64,000 bases of DNA. Source: a virus. Positions 1 through 9,588 of the stretch are shown here, piece by piece; the first letter of the stretch is position 1, and each line of letters opens with the position of its first letter. Location: the IMG/VR virus record IMGVR_UViG_3300002835_000030, positions 64,649-128,648 of that record. One strand, given 5' to 3'. The notes beneath the pieces were generated by a model that made no database searches, had not been told where the DNA came from, and saw only the letters and a list, made by a program, of their open reading frames with translations. A program made the position numbers and the translations under genes.

Positions 1-2
1 GA

Positions 3-422
3 TTCCCAGATGAATTGGGGATTCAAGAATGGTGGGTTTCTACAACATCTAGACCTAAGTATACAAGTACGGAAGTAGAAATTCCTTTCTTAAATACATC
101 TACCTATGTAATCGGTAGATTTCAATGGGAAACTATTTCAGTTACATTTAGAGATCCAATCGGACCTTCCGCAACACAGGCGTTGATGGAGTGGGTACGT
201 TTACATTCTGAATCAGTAACGGGTAGACAAGGTTACGCTGCGGGGTATAAGAAAGACGTAGAATTAGAAATGTTAGACCCAACTGGTGTTGTTGTTCAGA
301 AATGGATTTTACAAGGAACTCAATTGAATGACGCAGATTTCGGAGGTTTAGATTATTCATCTTCAGATTTGGCGGATATTTCTTGCACGCTCCGGTTTGA
401 TAGGGCGATAAATGTATTTTGA
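3..422 (+). CDS. Tail tube protein, T4 gp19-like (5' truncated)
   Basis: Frame is open from base 3 (FPDELGIQEWW...). Motifs RP..., GRFQWETISVTFRDP, LMEWVR, YKKDVELEMLDPTG.VVQKW.L.G and terminal L.FD are typical of gp19-family tubes. Confidence 0.85.
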   Translation, partial: FPDELGIQEWWVSTTSRPKYTSTEVEIPFLNTSTYVIGRFQWETISVTFRDPIGPSATQALMEWVRLHSESVTGRQGYAAGYKKDVELEMLDPTGVVVQKWILQGTQLNDADFGGLDYSSSDLADISCTLRFDRAINVF

Positions 423-447
423 GATTCCTTCATCGAATATAAGACTT

Positions 448-487
448 TCCCTTTTATGTATATATTTATATATAAAAGGGATTTTTT
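448..487 (+). terminator. Hairpin plus U-tract after the tail tube gene, enclosing an ATATTTATA motif
   Basis: TCCCTTTTAT (448-457) pairs with ATAAAAGGGA (472-481), followed by TTTTTT. Confidence 0.7.
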
Positions 488-1363
488 ATGCAATTTAAAT
501 GTGAAATATGTGATAAGGAATATGATACATTATGGAGTTTATCTTCTCATAATGTTAAAAAACATAAAATTAAACCGCAAGAAACTTTTATTAAACATAA
601 TTTAGAAGGTAAAACACCTGAATGTAAATGTGGTTGTGGTGAGACACCAACATTCTTAGGAATTCAAAAAGGGTTTAGAGATTATATTAGAGGTCACGCA
701 TCTAGAATTAACAATAATTGGGGGCATAATGTTGACGCACAGAAAAAATCTAAAGATACACAAAGAAAGTTATATGGGTCAGGTGAAATTATAATATGGA
801 ATAAAGGGTTAACCAAAGAAGATGACGAAAGGTTAGATTATGGGGATAAGATAAGTTCTAATTTAGAAAGGAATGAAAAAATTTCAAAGTCACTTAAGGG
901 TAGAAAACGTCCACAGTATGTTTTAGATAAACTTAATGAAGGTATGAGAGAATACTGGAGTAAGGAAGAGAACAAAGAAAAACAAAGTATTTTACAATCC
1001 AAAAGAGTAAAAAATAACCATCACAAAAATAAAACTTTATTAGAAAATTATTTTGAGTCTATACTAATAAAATTAAAGTTAAAATATATATCTCAATATA
1101 CAATATGTGGTTATAATTTTGATTTTTATTTACCTAAATATGACTTAGTTATTGAGGTTGACGGTGATTTTTTTCACTGTAACCCAAAAAAATATCCAGA
1201 AGGTCCTATATATGAATCACAAACTAATACAATAAATAATGATAAAATAAAAAATAATATCTGTGATAAAAGTAATGGTATAAGATTACTAAGGTTTTGG
1301 GAAGACGACATCAACAATAATATTGAGTGGGTGATTGATGAGATTAAAAAACATATAATTTAA
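488..1363 (+). CDS. Putative homing endonuclease: C2H2 zinc finger, CxCGCG, NUMOD3-like and DUF559/Vsr-like nuclease domains
   Basis: CEIC..H....H; CKCGCG; KISKSLKGRKR; FDFYLP...IEVDGDFFH...LLRFWE. Confidence 0.8.
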   Translation: MQFKCEICDKEYDTLWSLSSHNVKKHKIKPQETFIKHNLEGKTPECKCGCGETPTFLGIQKGFRDYIRGHASRINNNWGHNVDAQKKSKDTQRKLYGSGEIIIWNKGLTKEDDERLDYGDKISSNLERNEKISKSLKGRKRPQYVLDKLNEGMREYWSKEENKEKQSILQSKRVKNNHHKNKTLLENYFESILIKLKLKYISQYTICGYNFDFYLPKYDLVIEVDGDFFHCNPKKYPEGPIYESQTNTINNDKIKNNICDKSNGIRLLRFWEDDINNNIEWVIDEIKKHII

Positions 1364-1431
1364 AATTTTTTTTCACATAACCTTTTTATCCTAACAAATA
1401 ATCCGTATATTTATAAAAAAAATATAAGTAT

Positions 1432-3012
1432 ATGGATTTTTCTTTTTTCACCACTGACAATAAATCTGGTTATAAGACTAACGAAAAGTGGTTTTCAAAA
1501 AATTATGTGGGTGAATATGATAATATTATAAATTATTGTTCTCCGTATGAATTATCAACCTTTAAAGAAAAGATATGGTTTTATTATCATAAACTATTAG
1601 AAGTCCCAAATTGTAGTTGTGGAAAAAAAACTAAATTCAGTAATAGGTTAGATAGGGGTTATAATGAATTTTGTTCACTTTCTTGTTTCAACAGTAATAA
1701 CAGTGAAATGGTGAAAAGGATAAAAGATACGAATCAAAAAAAATATGGTGTAGATTACTATACACAAACTGAAGATTTCATAAAAAAACAAAAAAATACA
1801 AAAAAGGAAAAATACGGTGATGAAAACTACAATAATAAAGAAAAAATGTTGTCAACTAAATCATCTAAGTATGGAAATATAGGTTATAATAATTTTGATA
1901 AATATAAACAAACTTGTATGAATCTTTATGGTGTTGACAATTATTCGAAATCAGAAGAATTTAGACAAAAACTTAAAGAAAAAATAAATGAGAGGTATGA
2001 AGAATTAAACATTATTAATATTTCAAATGACTTAACATCTTTATCGATTATTTGTGATAAATGTGATGAAACATACGAAATTACACAAAATTTACTAAGG
2101 GAACGAAAAAAACATAACTATGAGTTATGTACAAACTGTAACCCAATAGGTATGTCATCATCCTCTTCATATGAAAACGAATTATATGAAATTTTAACCC
2201 ATTGGGGAGTTGGGGTGGAAAGACATAAAAAAATAAAAGGTGATAATAGAGAAATAGATTTGTTTATACCGAGTCACAACATAGGTATAGAAATTAATGG
2301 GTTATATTGGTACAATGAACTTTTTATTAATAAAGATTATCATTTTGAAAAAACAAAATTATGTAGAGATAATGGTATTGATTTAATTCACGTTTTTGAG
2401 GATGAGTGGTTATGGAAAAAAGATATTGTATTATCTGTATTAAAAAATAGACTTAATAACATAAATAAAAAAATTTATGGTAGGAAGTGTGATATTGTTG
2501 AGATTAGTTCCTCTATTAGTAAAACATTTTTAGATGAAAATCATCTTCAGGGTAACGTAAATACAACATTAAAATTTGGGTTATTACATAATGATGAATT
2601 GGTGTCAGTAATGACATTTGGGAAACGTAATGGTATAGGTAATGGTGAGGAATGGGAATTAATAAGATTTTCCAATAAAATAAATTATAATGTGATAGGT
2701 GGGGGATCAAAATTATTTAAGTATTTCTTAAAAAAAATTAACCCTAAAATAGTAAAATCGTATTCCGATAATAGATGGTTTAGTGGGGGATTATATGAAA
2801 ATTTAGGTTTTAAATATATACACGAAACAAAACCTAATTACTGGTATGTGAAAAATGATATGAGATATCATAGACTAAACTTCAAAAAAAATCGGTTGGT
2901 TGGTGAAGGTTTTGATAAAAATAAAACTGAAAAACAAATTATGTTCGATAGAAAAATATATAGGGTGTACGATTGTGGTAATAAACTATGGTTGTACGAA
3001 CATATCATATAA
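1432..3012 (+). CDS. Hef-like free-standing endonuclease (KYGV repeats, Vsr-like domain, C-terminal GNAT/Mom-like domain)
   Basis: KKYGVDYY/KYGDENY repeats; EIDLFIP..NIGIEINGLYWY; LIHVFEDEW; YGRKC..., NHLQG, LVSVMTFGK, ELIRF, GGGSKL, SYSDNRW, YDCG. The C-terminal half is clearly paralogous to 34155-35798. Confidence 0.8.
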   Translation: MDFSFFTTDNKSGYKTNEKWFSKNYVGEYDNIINYCSPYELSTFKEKIWFYYHKLLEVPNCSCGKKTKFSNRLDRGYNEFCSLSCFNSNNSEMVKRIKDTNQKKYGVDYYTQTEDFIKKQKNTKKEKYGDENYNNKEKMLSTKSSKYGNIGYNNFDKYKQTCMNLYGVDNYSKSEEFRQKLKEKINERYEELNIINISNDLTSLSIICDKCDETYEITQNLLRERKKHNYELCTNCNPIGMSSSSSYENELYEILTHWGVGVERHKKIKGDNREIDLFIPSHNIGIEINGLYWYNELFINKDYHFEKTKLCRDNGIDLIHVFEDEWLWKKDIVLSVLKNRLNNINKKIYGRKCDIVEISSSISKTFLDENHLQGNVNTTLKFGLLHNDELVSVMTFGKRNGIGNGEEWELIRFSNKINYNVIGGGSKLFKYFLKKINPKIVKSYSDNRWFSGGLYENLGFKYIHETKPNYWYVKNDMRYHRLNFKKNRLVGEGFDKNKTEKQIMFDRKIYRVYDCGNKLWLYEHII

Positions 3013-3031
3013 AAATTATTTAATTTCATAA

Positions 3032-3066
3032 AAAAATCCTTATCATTAGTTTGGTCGGGATTTTTT
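3032..3066 (+). terminator. Rho-independent terminator, possibly bidirectional
   Basis: AAAAAATCC ... GGATTTTTT inverted repeat after the stop at 3012. Confidence 0.65.
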
Positions 3067-3114
3067 GTTATTTGAGTATATTTATTAGTATATAATAGTA
3101 TTTAAAAAGATGGT

Positions 3115-3810
3115 ATGAGAAAAATTAATAATATTAATGAACAAATAGGTAGAATGAAGTCCCTATTTACCGAAGAAAGAATGTTCGGTAATCTTGTGGA
3201 ACAAGAAGAAAAAGAACTTGAGACTATTGAAATTATAGGAGATACCCCCAAAGTCAAACAAAATACTGATACACCAAAAGAAACTGAAACTGAAGAAGAA
3301 GTTAACTTAGATAAAAGAGGTTGTATAAAACACATAAAAGAAAAATTTAAAGAAGTTAATAGTTCTGGTGACGCACCAAAATGGAAACTTGATAATCCTA
3401 AAAGTGTTAAGACTATTGAATCGTGTTTAAAAACACATTATGAAACATTCCAAAAAGAGGGAATTTTTAAGGTGGGCGATGAGGCAGAAAAACTAATTGA
3501 CTTATTGGAATTAAAAATAGAAAAACCTAAAGAGGTTGCGGATAAAGATATCATTCAGATTAAAAATGATAAAGGTCGAGTTGTAATGTTGATTAAAAAT
3601 GTTAAGGATAACCTATATAGATTTAGAGGTAACAAAGGTGAGGTTATATTTGATAGTGCGAGGTCAGGTGGAGTAGGAAAGGTTAAATATTTCGATCCTC
3701 AGGTAGAAAGGTTTATAAGAAATCAGATGAGTTTGGGTAACAAAAAAATAACTATCAACAAAGGAATGAACACTAAAGGACTCGATGTGGGGTCATTTAC
3801 TGTAAATTAA
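3115..3810 (+). CDS. Hypothetical protein with shared N-terminal leader (putative head-internal protein)
   Basis: 231 aa ORF. N-terminus INEQIGRMKSLF.E.R..GNL matches ORF 6988. Confidence 0.6.
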   Translation: MRKINNINEQIGRMKSLFTEERMFGNLVEQEEKELETIEIIGDTPKVKQNTDTPKETETEEEVNLDKRGCIKHIKEKFKEVNSSGDAPKWKLDNPKSVKTIESCLKTHYETFQKEGIFKVGDEAEKLIDLLELKIEKPKEVADKDIIQIKNDKGRVVMLIKNVKDNLYRFRGNKGEVIFDSARSGGVGKVKYFDPQVERFIRNQMSLGNKKITINKGMNTKGLDVGSFTVN

Positions 3811-3813
3811 TAT

Positions 3814-6153
3814 ATGAGTAAAAAAATTATCATATCAGAATCACAGTACAGACGTGTCTTTTTAAATGAACAATCTTCTATTGATGATATTATAGTATAT
3901 TTTAACGAAGATAAGGGTAATGTTATTGAACAAACCGCAAGACTTTATAGATTGTGGGCAAATTCTACAAAGCGGTATTCTTACACATACGGTAAGAATA
4001 GTTCGTTTGATTTGGACGCTAGTAAAAAACCTGCGAATAGTGGGACATTTGATAAGTCTTTTTCTATTGGTAAATCTCAGTTTGATAAAGATTGGTTAAT
4101 AGTACCTAAAGAAAATGATTTCCTTTTATTCACTAAAGGCGGTAGAACAATATATTCTGTTTTAACTAAAAAAGTTTTACCTAATGAGTTATCAGAACAA
4201 GATATTTTCTATCGTTTAGAGAGGGGTGAAGTTATAAAAGATGTTAAAACTATATCAGAAATTAAAAATATTTATTCTTCTCCTTACACTAAGAAAGCAA
4301 CTAATGTAGTGCAAAAAGAAAAAGAATCTGACGTAGAAAACAAATTAGTTTCTTTTAGAGATACTATAGATTATTTAGAATCACTTGGGTTAGGGGTAAA
4401 TGGTTTAATCCCATATAAGAAAAATCAAACCTTTAATCAATCGGAAGATATCCCCTCTACGAACTATTTATTTGCAAAAACCGCGATTAATGGAATTAAG
4501 TATTTAACTGATTTAATTGCGGGCAAAGTAATAACAGGTAGTAAGGGTGCGACAAGTATATGTGTTACAAAATTAGATAGTGGGTGTAAGAGTAGCAATC
4601 CATATGTCACATCAAGTACTTACAACATAAACTTATCTAGAATTTTATCCAGTTCACCCATAGAAACAATATATGGTAAATATCCCGCATCTTGGATAAT
4701 GTATGATTATGGGTTTTATTTTAATTGGGAAAAAATTAAAAAAGATCTGGAAAGTACATTCCAAACAGATAAATACGCATATAAAAGTAGTTTATTTTCT
4801 GATGGGTGGTGGAATTATTTTACTCAAACATATGGTGTAGGATCTAAAGGTAGTTTCTCACAAATAAAATCGGCAATAAATAAAATATCTTATGATGATT
4901 TTGATAAGGTAAGTACTATTAATAAATATGATGATAATAAAAGTGTTTGGGGGTATTTAGGTGATTGTTTTAGTGATTATCACTGTGTTTTAGATATAGC
5001 ATCAATAGCCACTTTGGCTATTCCCGGTGTTGGTTTAGCAATTAGTTCGGGAATCGACTTTGTAAATGCAGCATCCTATGGTGTTGAAGCATATAATGCC
5101 GATACTGAAGAAGAAAGGGATGGGGCATTAATTGCTGGTACACTTACTTTGTTTGGTGGTTTATTAGGTGGTGGAGTTGGACAAACTAAGAGATTAGTGA
5201 CTAGGGGTAACGCAAACCCTAATATTTATCAGTACGCTGATGAAGTTATGGATAGGGTGAAAAAAGAAATTCCTGATGCTAAAAATCTAAAAGAACTTGA
5301 CCCAACTAAAGGTAGTCTCATACAAAGAAACTTTAATGAAAAACAAATACCTGAAAATTTAACTAAAATCTATAAAGAAACTGCGGAAAAATATGGATTA
5401 AAAGAAAATGATATTTTAGTCGCACATGACATACTTAAAGATTTTAGTAAGATTGATATTAATCTTGCGAAAAAATATACTGAAGCTTTGAACGCTTTAA
5501 CCAAAAGGGTCGATAGAGCGAGTTTATTTAAATTCGCCAAGAGACCTGAGTTTCAAAAAATGTTAATAAATAATAATGGTGATGTTATTGTAACATTAAA
5601 TAAGTATATGAAACTAGTTGCAAAAAAAGAAGCGATAATGGAGGGTACATTATTCGTAGCATTAACAGTGGCAATGGAAGAACCAGAAGTACAACAATGG
5701 TTAGCAACAAAAATTATAGATTTAAAAGCAAAACTTAATCCTACAGTTAAAAACATTGTCCAATCGGAAGGTTATGATTGGGAAACAGTTAAGGAAATTT
5801 TTAATTCTGATGGTAGTGTGGGAGATAACACATTATTAAACCAGGCATGGGAAAGAGGTTGGAGACCTTGGCCTAAAGGGGAAGAACCTAATGAGGAGAG
5901 TGTTTTTGAAAATGGTATATTATGGTTATTCAAAAACCCAAAATACCAAACAGAGACATTTAAAAATAATTTTAGTGGGTTTGGTATCGATAATGTGGTG
6001 AGAGAGGTTAAACCTGAAAAAGATGAAGATAGAAGAGAAGGTGTGATATATTATGACACTAAAGAAGAATTAGAACTACGTAATAATATCGATGATATTA
6101 TTACTGATGAAGAAATAGAAGCAACTGCGAAAATTTTAGATCAATATCTTTAA
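3814..6153 (+). CDS. Large hypothetical protein with pre-toxin-TG-like hydrophobic region (putative virion/ejected protein)
   Basis: 779 aa. N-terminal KKIIISESQY..VFLNEQ; central HCVLDIASIATLAIPGVGLAISSGIDFVNA..Y..E and a Gly-rich hydrophobic helix. Confidence 0.55.
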   Translation: MSKKIIISESQYRRVFLNEQSSIDDIIVYFNEDKGNVIEQTARLYRLWANSTKRYSYTYGKNSSFDLDASKKPANSGTFDKSFSIGKSQFDKDWLIVPKENDFLLFTKGGRTIYSVLTKKVLPNELSEQDIFYRLERGEVIKDVKTISEIKNIYSSPYTKKATNVVQKEKESDVENKLVSFRDTIDYLESLGLGVNGLIPYKKNQTFNQSEDIPSTNYLFAKTAINGIKYLTDLIAGKVITGSKGATSICVTKLDSGCKSSNPYVTSSTYNINLSRILSSSPIETIYGKYPASWIMYDYGFYFNWEKIKKDLESTFQTDKYAYKSSLFSDGWWNYFTQTYGVGSKGSFSQIKSAINKISYDDFDKVSTINKYDDNKSVWGYLGDCFSDYHCVLDIASIATLAIPGVGLAISSGIDFVNAASYGVEAYNADTEEERDGALIAGTLTLFGGLLGGGVGQTKRLVTRGNANPNIYQYADEVMDRVKKEIPDAKNLKELDPTKGSLIQRNFNEKQIPENLTKIYKETAEKYGLKENDILVAHDILKDFSKIDINLAKKYTEALNALTKRVDRASLFKFAKRPEFQKMLINNNGDVIVTLNKYMKLVAKKEAIMEGTLFVALTVAMEEPEVQQWLATKIIDLKAKLNPTVKNIVQSEGYDWETVKEIFNSDGSVGDNTLLNQAWERGWRPWPKGEEPNEESVFENGILWLFKNPKYQTETFKNNFSGFGIDNVVREVKPEKDEDRREGVIYYDTKEELELRNNIDDIITDEEIEATAKILDQYL

Positions 6154-6162
6154 CATTATATT

Positions 6163-6336
6163 ATGAACGAAAAAAGAGAGAGAATTTTAAAAATAAGAAA
6201 AAAAATACTAGATTATAATAGATTTATATTAGAGTATGGTTTTAATCCAGAAAGAGATATATTTATTAATGAAGACATAACATCTATTTTAGAAGAATTA
6301 GAAGAATTAGAAAAAGAAATTAATAATGAAGAATAA
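6163..6336 (+). CDS. Small hypothetical protein (57 aa, not in the ORF track)
   Basis: ATG at 6163 to TAA at 6336 fills the gap between neighbouring genes (MNEKRERILKIRKK...EEINNEE-like acidic end) and overlaps the next start. Confidence 0.5.
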   Translation: MNEKRERILKIRKKILDYNRFILEYGFNPERDIFINEDITSILEELEELEKEINNEE

Positions 6337-6949
6337 TTTATTAACAGAAATAAAACACATTAAACACCTTATGGGGTTAAATGAGGCGAATAATCAAGAA
6401 TGTGAAAAACAACTTGAGGATGCAGGATATGTGGTATACAATAGGGTGGAATTACAAAAAATGGATGCAGACTGTGAGGAAAGGCCTAAAATAAAATGTG
6501 TGAAAAAATGGTTAGATGACAATAACATAAAAAATTATTCAATAGGTAAACATGCGGGAATATGTTATATAGTTGCACAAAGTGAAAACAAAATAACGCA
6601 TACTGTTGGTACTAAATCTAAAGAGATATATAAAAAAACATATGCCTTTTGGGATAATGGGGATATTACATATGTCAGTACTTTTGATGTATTACAAAAA
6701 TGGAATGAAGGTGAATCTGATGAAAAAACGTTATCACAAGTTCAATTTAAAGGTAAATATGTGTGTGGCGGATCAGATATTAATTTTGAAAATGTTACGT
6801 ATCAGGGTGTCTATGAATTTGATAAATATGATGATTTAATAAAAAGTAATACTATTGCTGGGAGTTTTATGACTAAAAAATCTGATGGAAATGATTACGT
6901 CAGATTGGTAAATTATCATGATACAATTGGTACACTTAACCCTTTTTAA
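6326..6949 (+). CDS. Hypothetical protein with shared N-terminal leader
   Basis: 207 aa; starts MKNNLLTEIKHIKHLMGLNE. Confidence 0.6.
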   Translation: MKNNLLTEIKHIKHLMGLNEANNQECEKQLEDAGYVVYNRVELQKMDADCEERPKIKCVKKWLDDNNIKNYSIGKHAGICYIVAQSENKITHTVGTKSKEIYKKTYAFWDNGDITYVSTFDVLQKWNEGESDEKTLSQVQFKGKYVCGGSDINFENVTYQGVYEFDKYDDLIKSNTIAGSFMTKKSDGNDYVRLVNYHDTIGTLNPF

Positions 6950-6987
6950 GTTAATTAAAATTATTATCTATTATACAATATTAAAAT

Positions 6988-8775
6988 ATGAAAAGAAAAT
7001 ACAATACATTAAACGAAGAAATGAACCGAATGAAATCACTATTCGGTGAATCTAGATTATATGGAAATCTTGAAGATAAAAAAGAAAATATAATTACTGA
7101 ACAATATAGGTTTTTTAGTGATTTGACTTCATTATATAAAGTAACACTTAAGTCTTTTGCCGATTTAGGTAATTTTACGAAGTTTATAAATACAGAAATT
7201 AGAAATGTAGATGATATCATAAAACATTTAGACGAATTTGAGGCTTTATGGAGAGTGGTTTCACCAGACGTTGCAAACTGGCCTGGTGTAAAAAAGAATT
7301 TAATTAGACTTAAACAACTTAGTGATTCAGATAAATTGAAAGATATACCGGAGGATGTGTGGGTAAGTCAAGTTTTAAATGGATTTCCAGAAAAAGGTGG
7401 TATGAGAGACATAGTTAATGACATGTGGAGAATAGCGAATAATAAAAATCCTTATTTACCTCAAAAAGTCGAGAATAGAATCGTTACGACTGATCCTAAT
7501 ACAGGCACATTACTTATTGGCACTAAAAATGAGGGGGGTGGTATTGTTTATAAAAATGAGGAGGGTAAAGTTGTTATGGTTGAAAAAGATCCCGATATTA
7601 AAGTAGATGGTAGTCGTACTAATATAAAACCTGATATAGAAGATGTTGATTTTATTGAAGTTAAACCAGATACACCATTAGATGATTTAAATGGTAAAAC
7701 TGTTGCGGCGTCTGAGGAAAATATTAAAAATGTGGTTGACGCTGTTGGTGATAAGATTGCAGGTGAGACTAAAAATGGGAATAAAGTTGTATTTACTATT
7801 ACAGGTGAAGGAGAAGAAGGTGTTAGGGCAGCACAAGAAATGATGGATAAAATCACAAGCAATAAAGGTGGGGCTAGTACAGGTGATGAGGTATTAGAAG
7901 ATATGACTCAGGAAGTTACAGAGAGAACAGGGGAAAATCCTGAAGTAGTTAAAAATAAACTTCAAGATAAACTTAAAAACTTTGCTTGGGGGACAAGATT
8001 TTGGTGGAACCCTACCACTTATGGGCCACCTGAGAAATGGTTGGCAGAAAAATGGGGACAAAATCTGTCATGGAAACCAGATGCGAATAGCTGGATGAAT
8101 CGTAGAACCGCTAAAGTTGTATTTAGGTTATTTCTTGTTGGTGGGACATATGAAATCGTAAAAACAGGCTTGGATCCCGATAGAGATTTTTACGCAGGTG
8201 GTAAGAATAATATATTAGTACACAGTTGGAATGATCTCACTAGATTAATTGGTATGGCGATAGACGGAATCAATAGTGGTGCGATTAAAGACATGACATT
8301 ACAGATGGTGGAAGATGGATTAATGAATATTGGAGGTACTGATATTAAAATAGTTAAGCAAAATGTTTTAGATAAAGCAATGAATGAAATACAATATATA
8401 AATAGTAAAGAACTTGATGAAGATGGACAACGAAAAAGTATGATGACATGTACTACACTTTCTAAAATGACAACGGATGATGAGGTTGTAAAATTTATCA
8501 TTAAAAAACACGCAGATAAAGGAATCGCAGATGAGTTAGAAAGACTTAAAGGGGAATTGGGTGGAACAGGATCGGAGAAATATCGAGAGGCTCGTGATAT
8601 GATGGAACAATATTTTGATACGATTTTGAAAACTAGTTTGGCGGATGATAATTTAAAACAGGCAATCGGTGAAGCGCGAATGGCATGTGAAGAGGCGGCT
8701 AAAGAACAATCTGAAATCGATGATATGAGTACTGAAGAATATACTGTCACTATCTATGGTGGAGGTGGTATTTAA
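6988..8775 (+). CDS. Hypothetical protein with shared N-terminal leader
   Basis: 595 aa; LNEEMNRMKSLFGESRLYGNL...IITEQ; Trp-rich and hydrophobic segment in the C-terminal half. Confidence 0.6.
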   Translation: MKRKYNTLNEEMNRMKSLFGESRLYGNLEDKKENIITEQYRFFSDLTSLYKVTLKSFADLGNFTKFINTEIRNVDDIIKHLDEFEALWRVVSPDVANWPGVKKNLIRLKQLSDSDKLKDIPEDVWVSQVLNGFPEKGGMRDIVNDMWRIANNKNPYLPQKVENRIVTTDPNTGTLLIGTKNEGGGIVYKNEEGKVVMVEKDPDIKVDGSRTNIKPDIEDVDFIEVKPDTPLDDLNGKTVAASEENIKNVVDAVGDKIAGETKNGNKVVFTITGEGEEGVRAAQEMMDKITSNKGGASTGDEVLEDMTQEVTERTGENPEVVKNKLQDKLKNFAWGTRFWWNPTTYGPPEKWLAEKWGQNLSWKPDANSWMNRRTAKVVFRLFLVGGTYEIVKTGLDPDRDFYAGGKNNILVHSWNDLTRLIGMAIDGINSGAIKDMTLQMVEDGLMNIGGTDIKIVKQNVLDKAMNEIQYINSKELDEDGQRKSMMTCTTLSKMTTDDEVVKFIIKKHADKGIADELERLKGELGGTGSEKYREARDMMEQYFDTILKTSLADDNLKQAIGEARMACEEAAKEQSEIDDMSTEEYTVTIYGGGGI

Positions 8776-8817
8776 TTTTATCCTTCATAAATAAAAAAGT
8801 TTTAATAATATAGTAAT

Positions 8818-9588
8818 ATGGAAAATAGTAGTTTTATGAATCCGAACTTTGTACCAGATGAGTACAAAGTTCCTTATGACGTAATTGAGTTACCCTCGCA
8901 AGGGTTGTTATATAAAAATAAAAAATCATCAGTTACGGTGGAATATTTAACTGCATATGATGAGAATATATTAACATCCCCTAACTTATTAAACAGTGGT
9001 AAAGTTTTAGATGTTTTATTAGAAAGAAAAGTAAAAGATTTAGGGTTTAATACTAAAGAATTAGTTAGTGGTGATAGAATGGCGATACTTTTATATTTAA
9101 GAACCACAGGATTAGGCAACGAATATGAACAGATGGTTTTTGATAGTACAGGCAATATGGTTCAAGCTACAATCGATTTAACAACTATTAAATCAAAAAA
9201 TTTAACGGTTAAACCTGACGAAAAAAATGAATTTGATTTTGTTTTACCTGTCTCCAATAAAAAAATAAAGTTTAGATTATTAACACAAAAAGACGATGAT
9301 GAGATAGACGAAATAGATAAAAAGTTATTGGAAAAAAATAATAATGTATCCACAGTCAATTCACTTAGGTTAGAAAGATCTATAATGGAGGTAGATGGTG
9401 AAAGAGATAAAATGAAAATTTCTCACATCCTTAAAAATTTAAAAATAATGGATGTTAGAAAATTTAATAAATATGTTTCAGATATAGAACCAGGGTTACA
9501 TTTAAATGTAACCGCTAGGACCCAGGGGGGGGAGTCCGTAGACACCTTTCTTAGAATTGGAAGGTCTTTTTGGAATCCTGAAGTATGA
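8818..9588 (+). CDS. Tail assembly chaperone / baseplate hub assembly protein (T4 gp26-like)
   Basis: IELPSQG..Y, YLTA.DENILTS, GDR.AIL..LR, F.LP.S...IKFRLLT..D and terminal FW.P; lies between tube and tape measure. Confidence 0.75.
   Translation: MENSSFMNPNFVPDEYKVPYDVIELPSQGLLYKNKKSSVTVEYLTAYDENILTSPNLLNSGKVLDVLLERKVKDLGFNTKELVSGDRMAILLYLRTTGLGNEYEQMVFDSTGNMVQATIDLTTIKSKNLTVKPDEKNEFDFVLPVSNKKIKFRLLTQKDDDEIDEIDKKLLEKNNNVSTVNSLRLERSIMEVDGERDKMKISHILKNLKIMDVRKFNKYVSDIEPGLHLNVTARTQGGESVDTFLRIGRSFWNPEV

Noticed and set aside
9525-9532. G8 run as the frameshift or phase-variation site
   Set aside because: The +1 frame has a TAG at 9539-9541 after the run, so a shift here cannot reach the downstream ORF.
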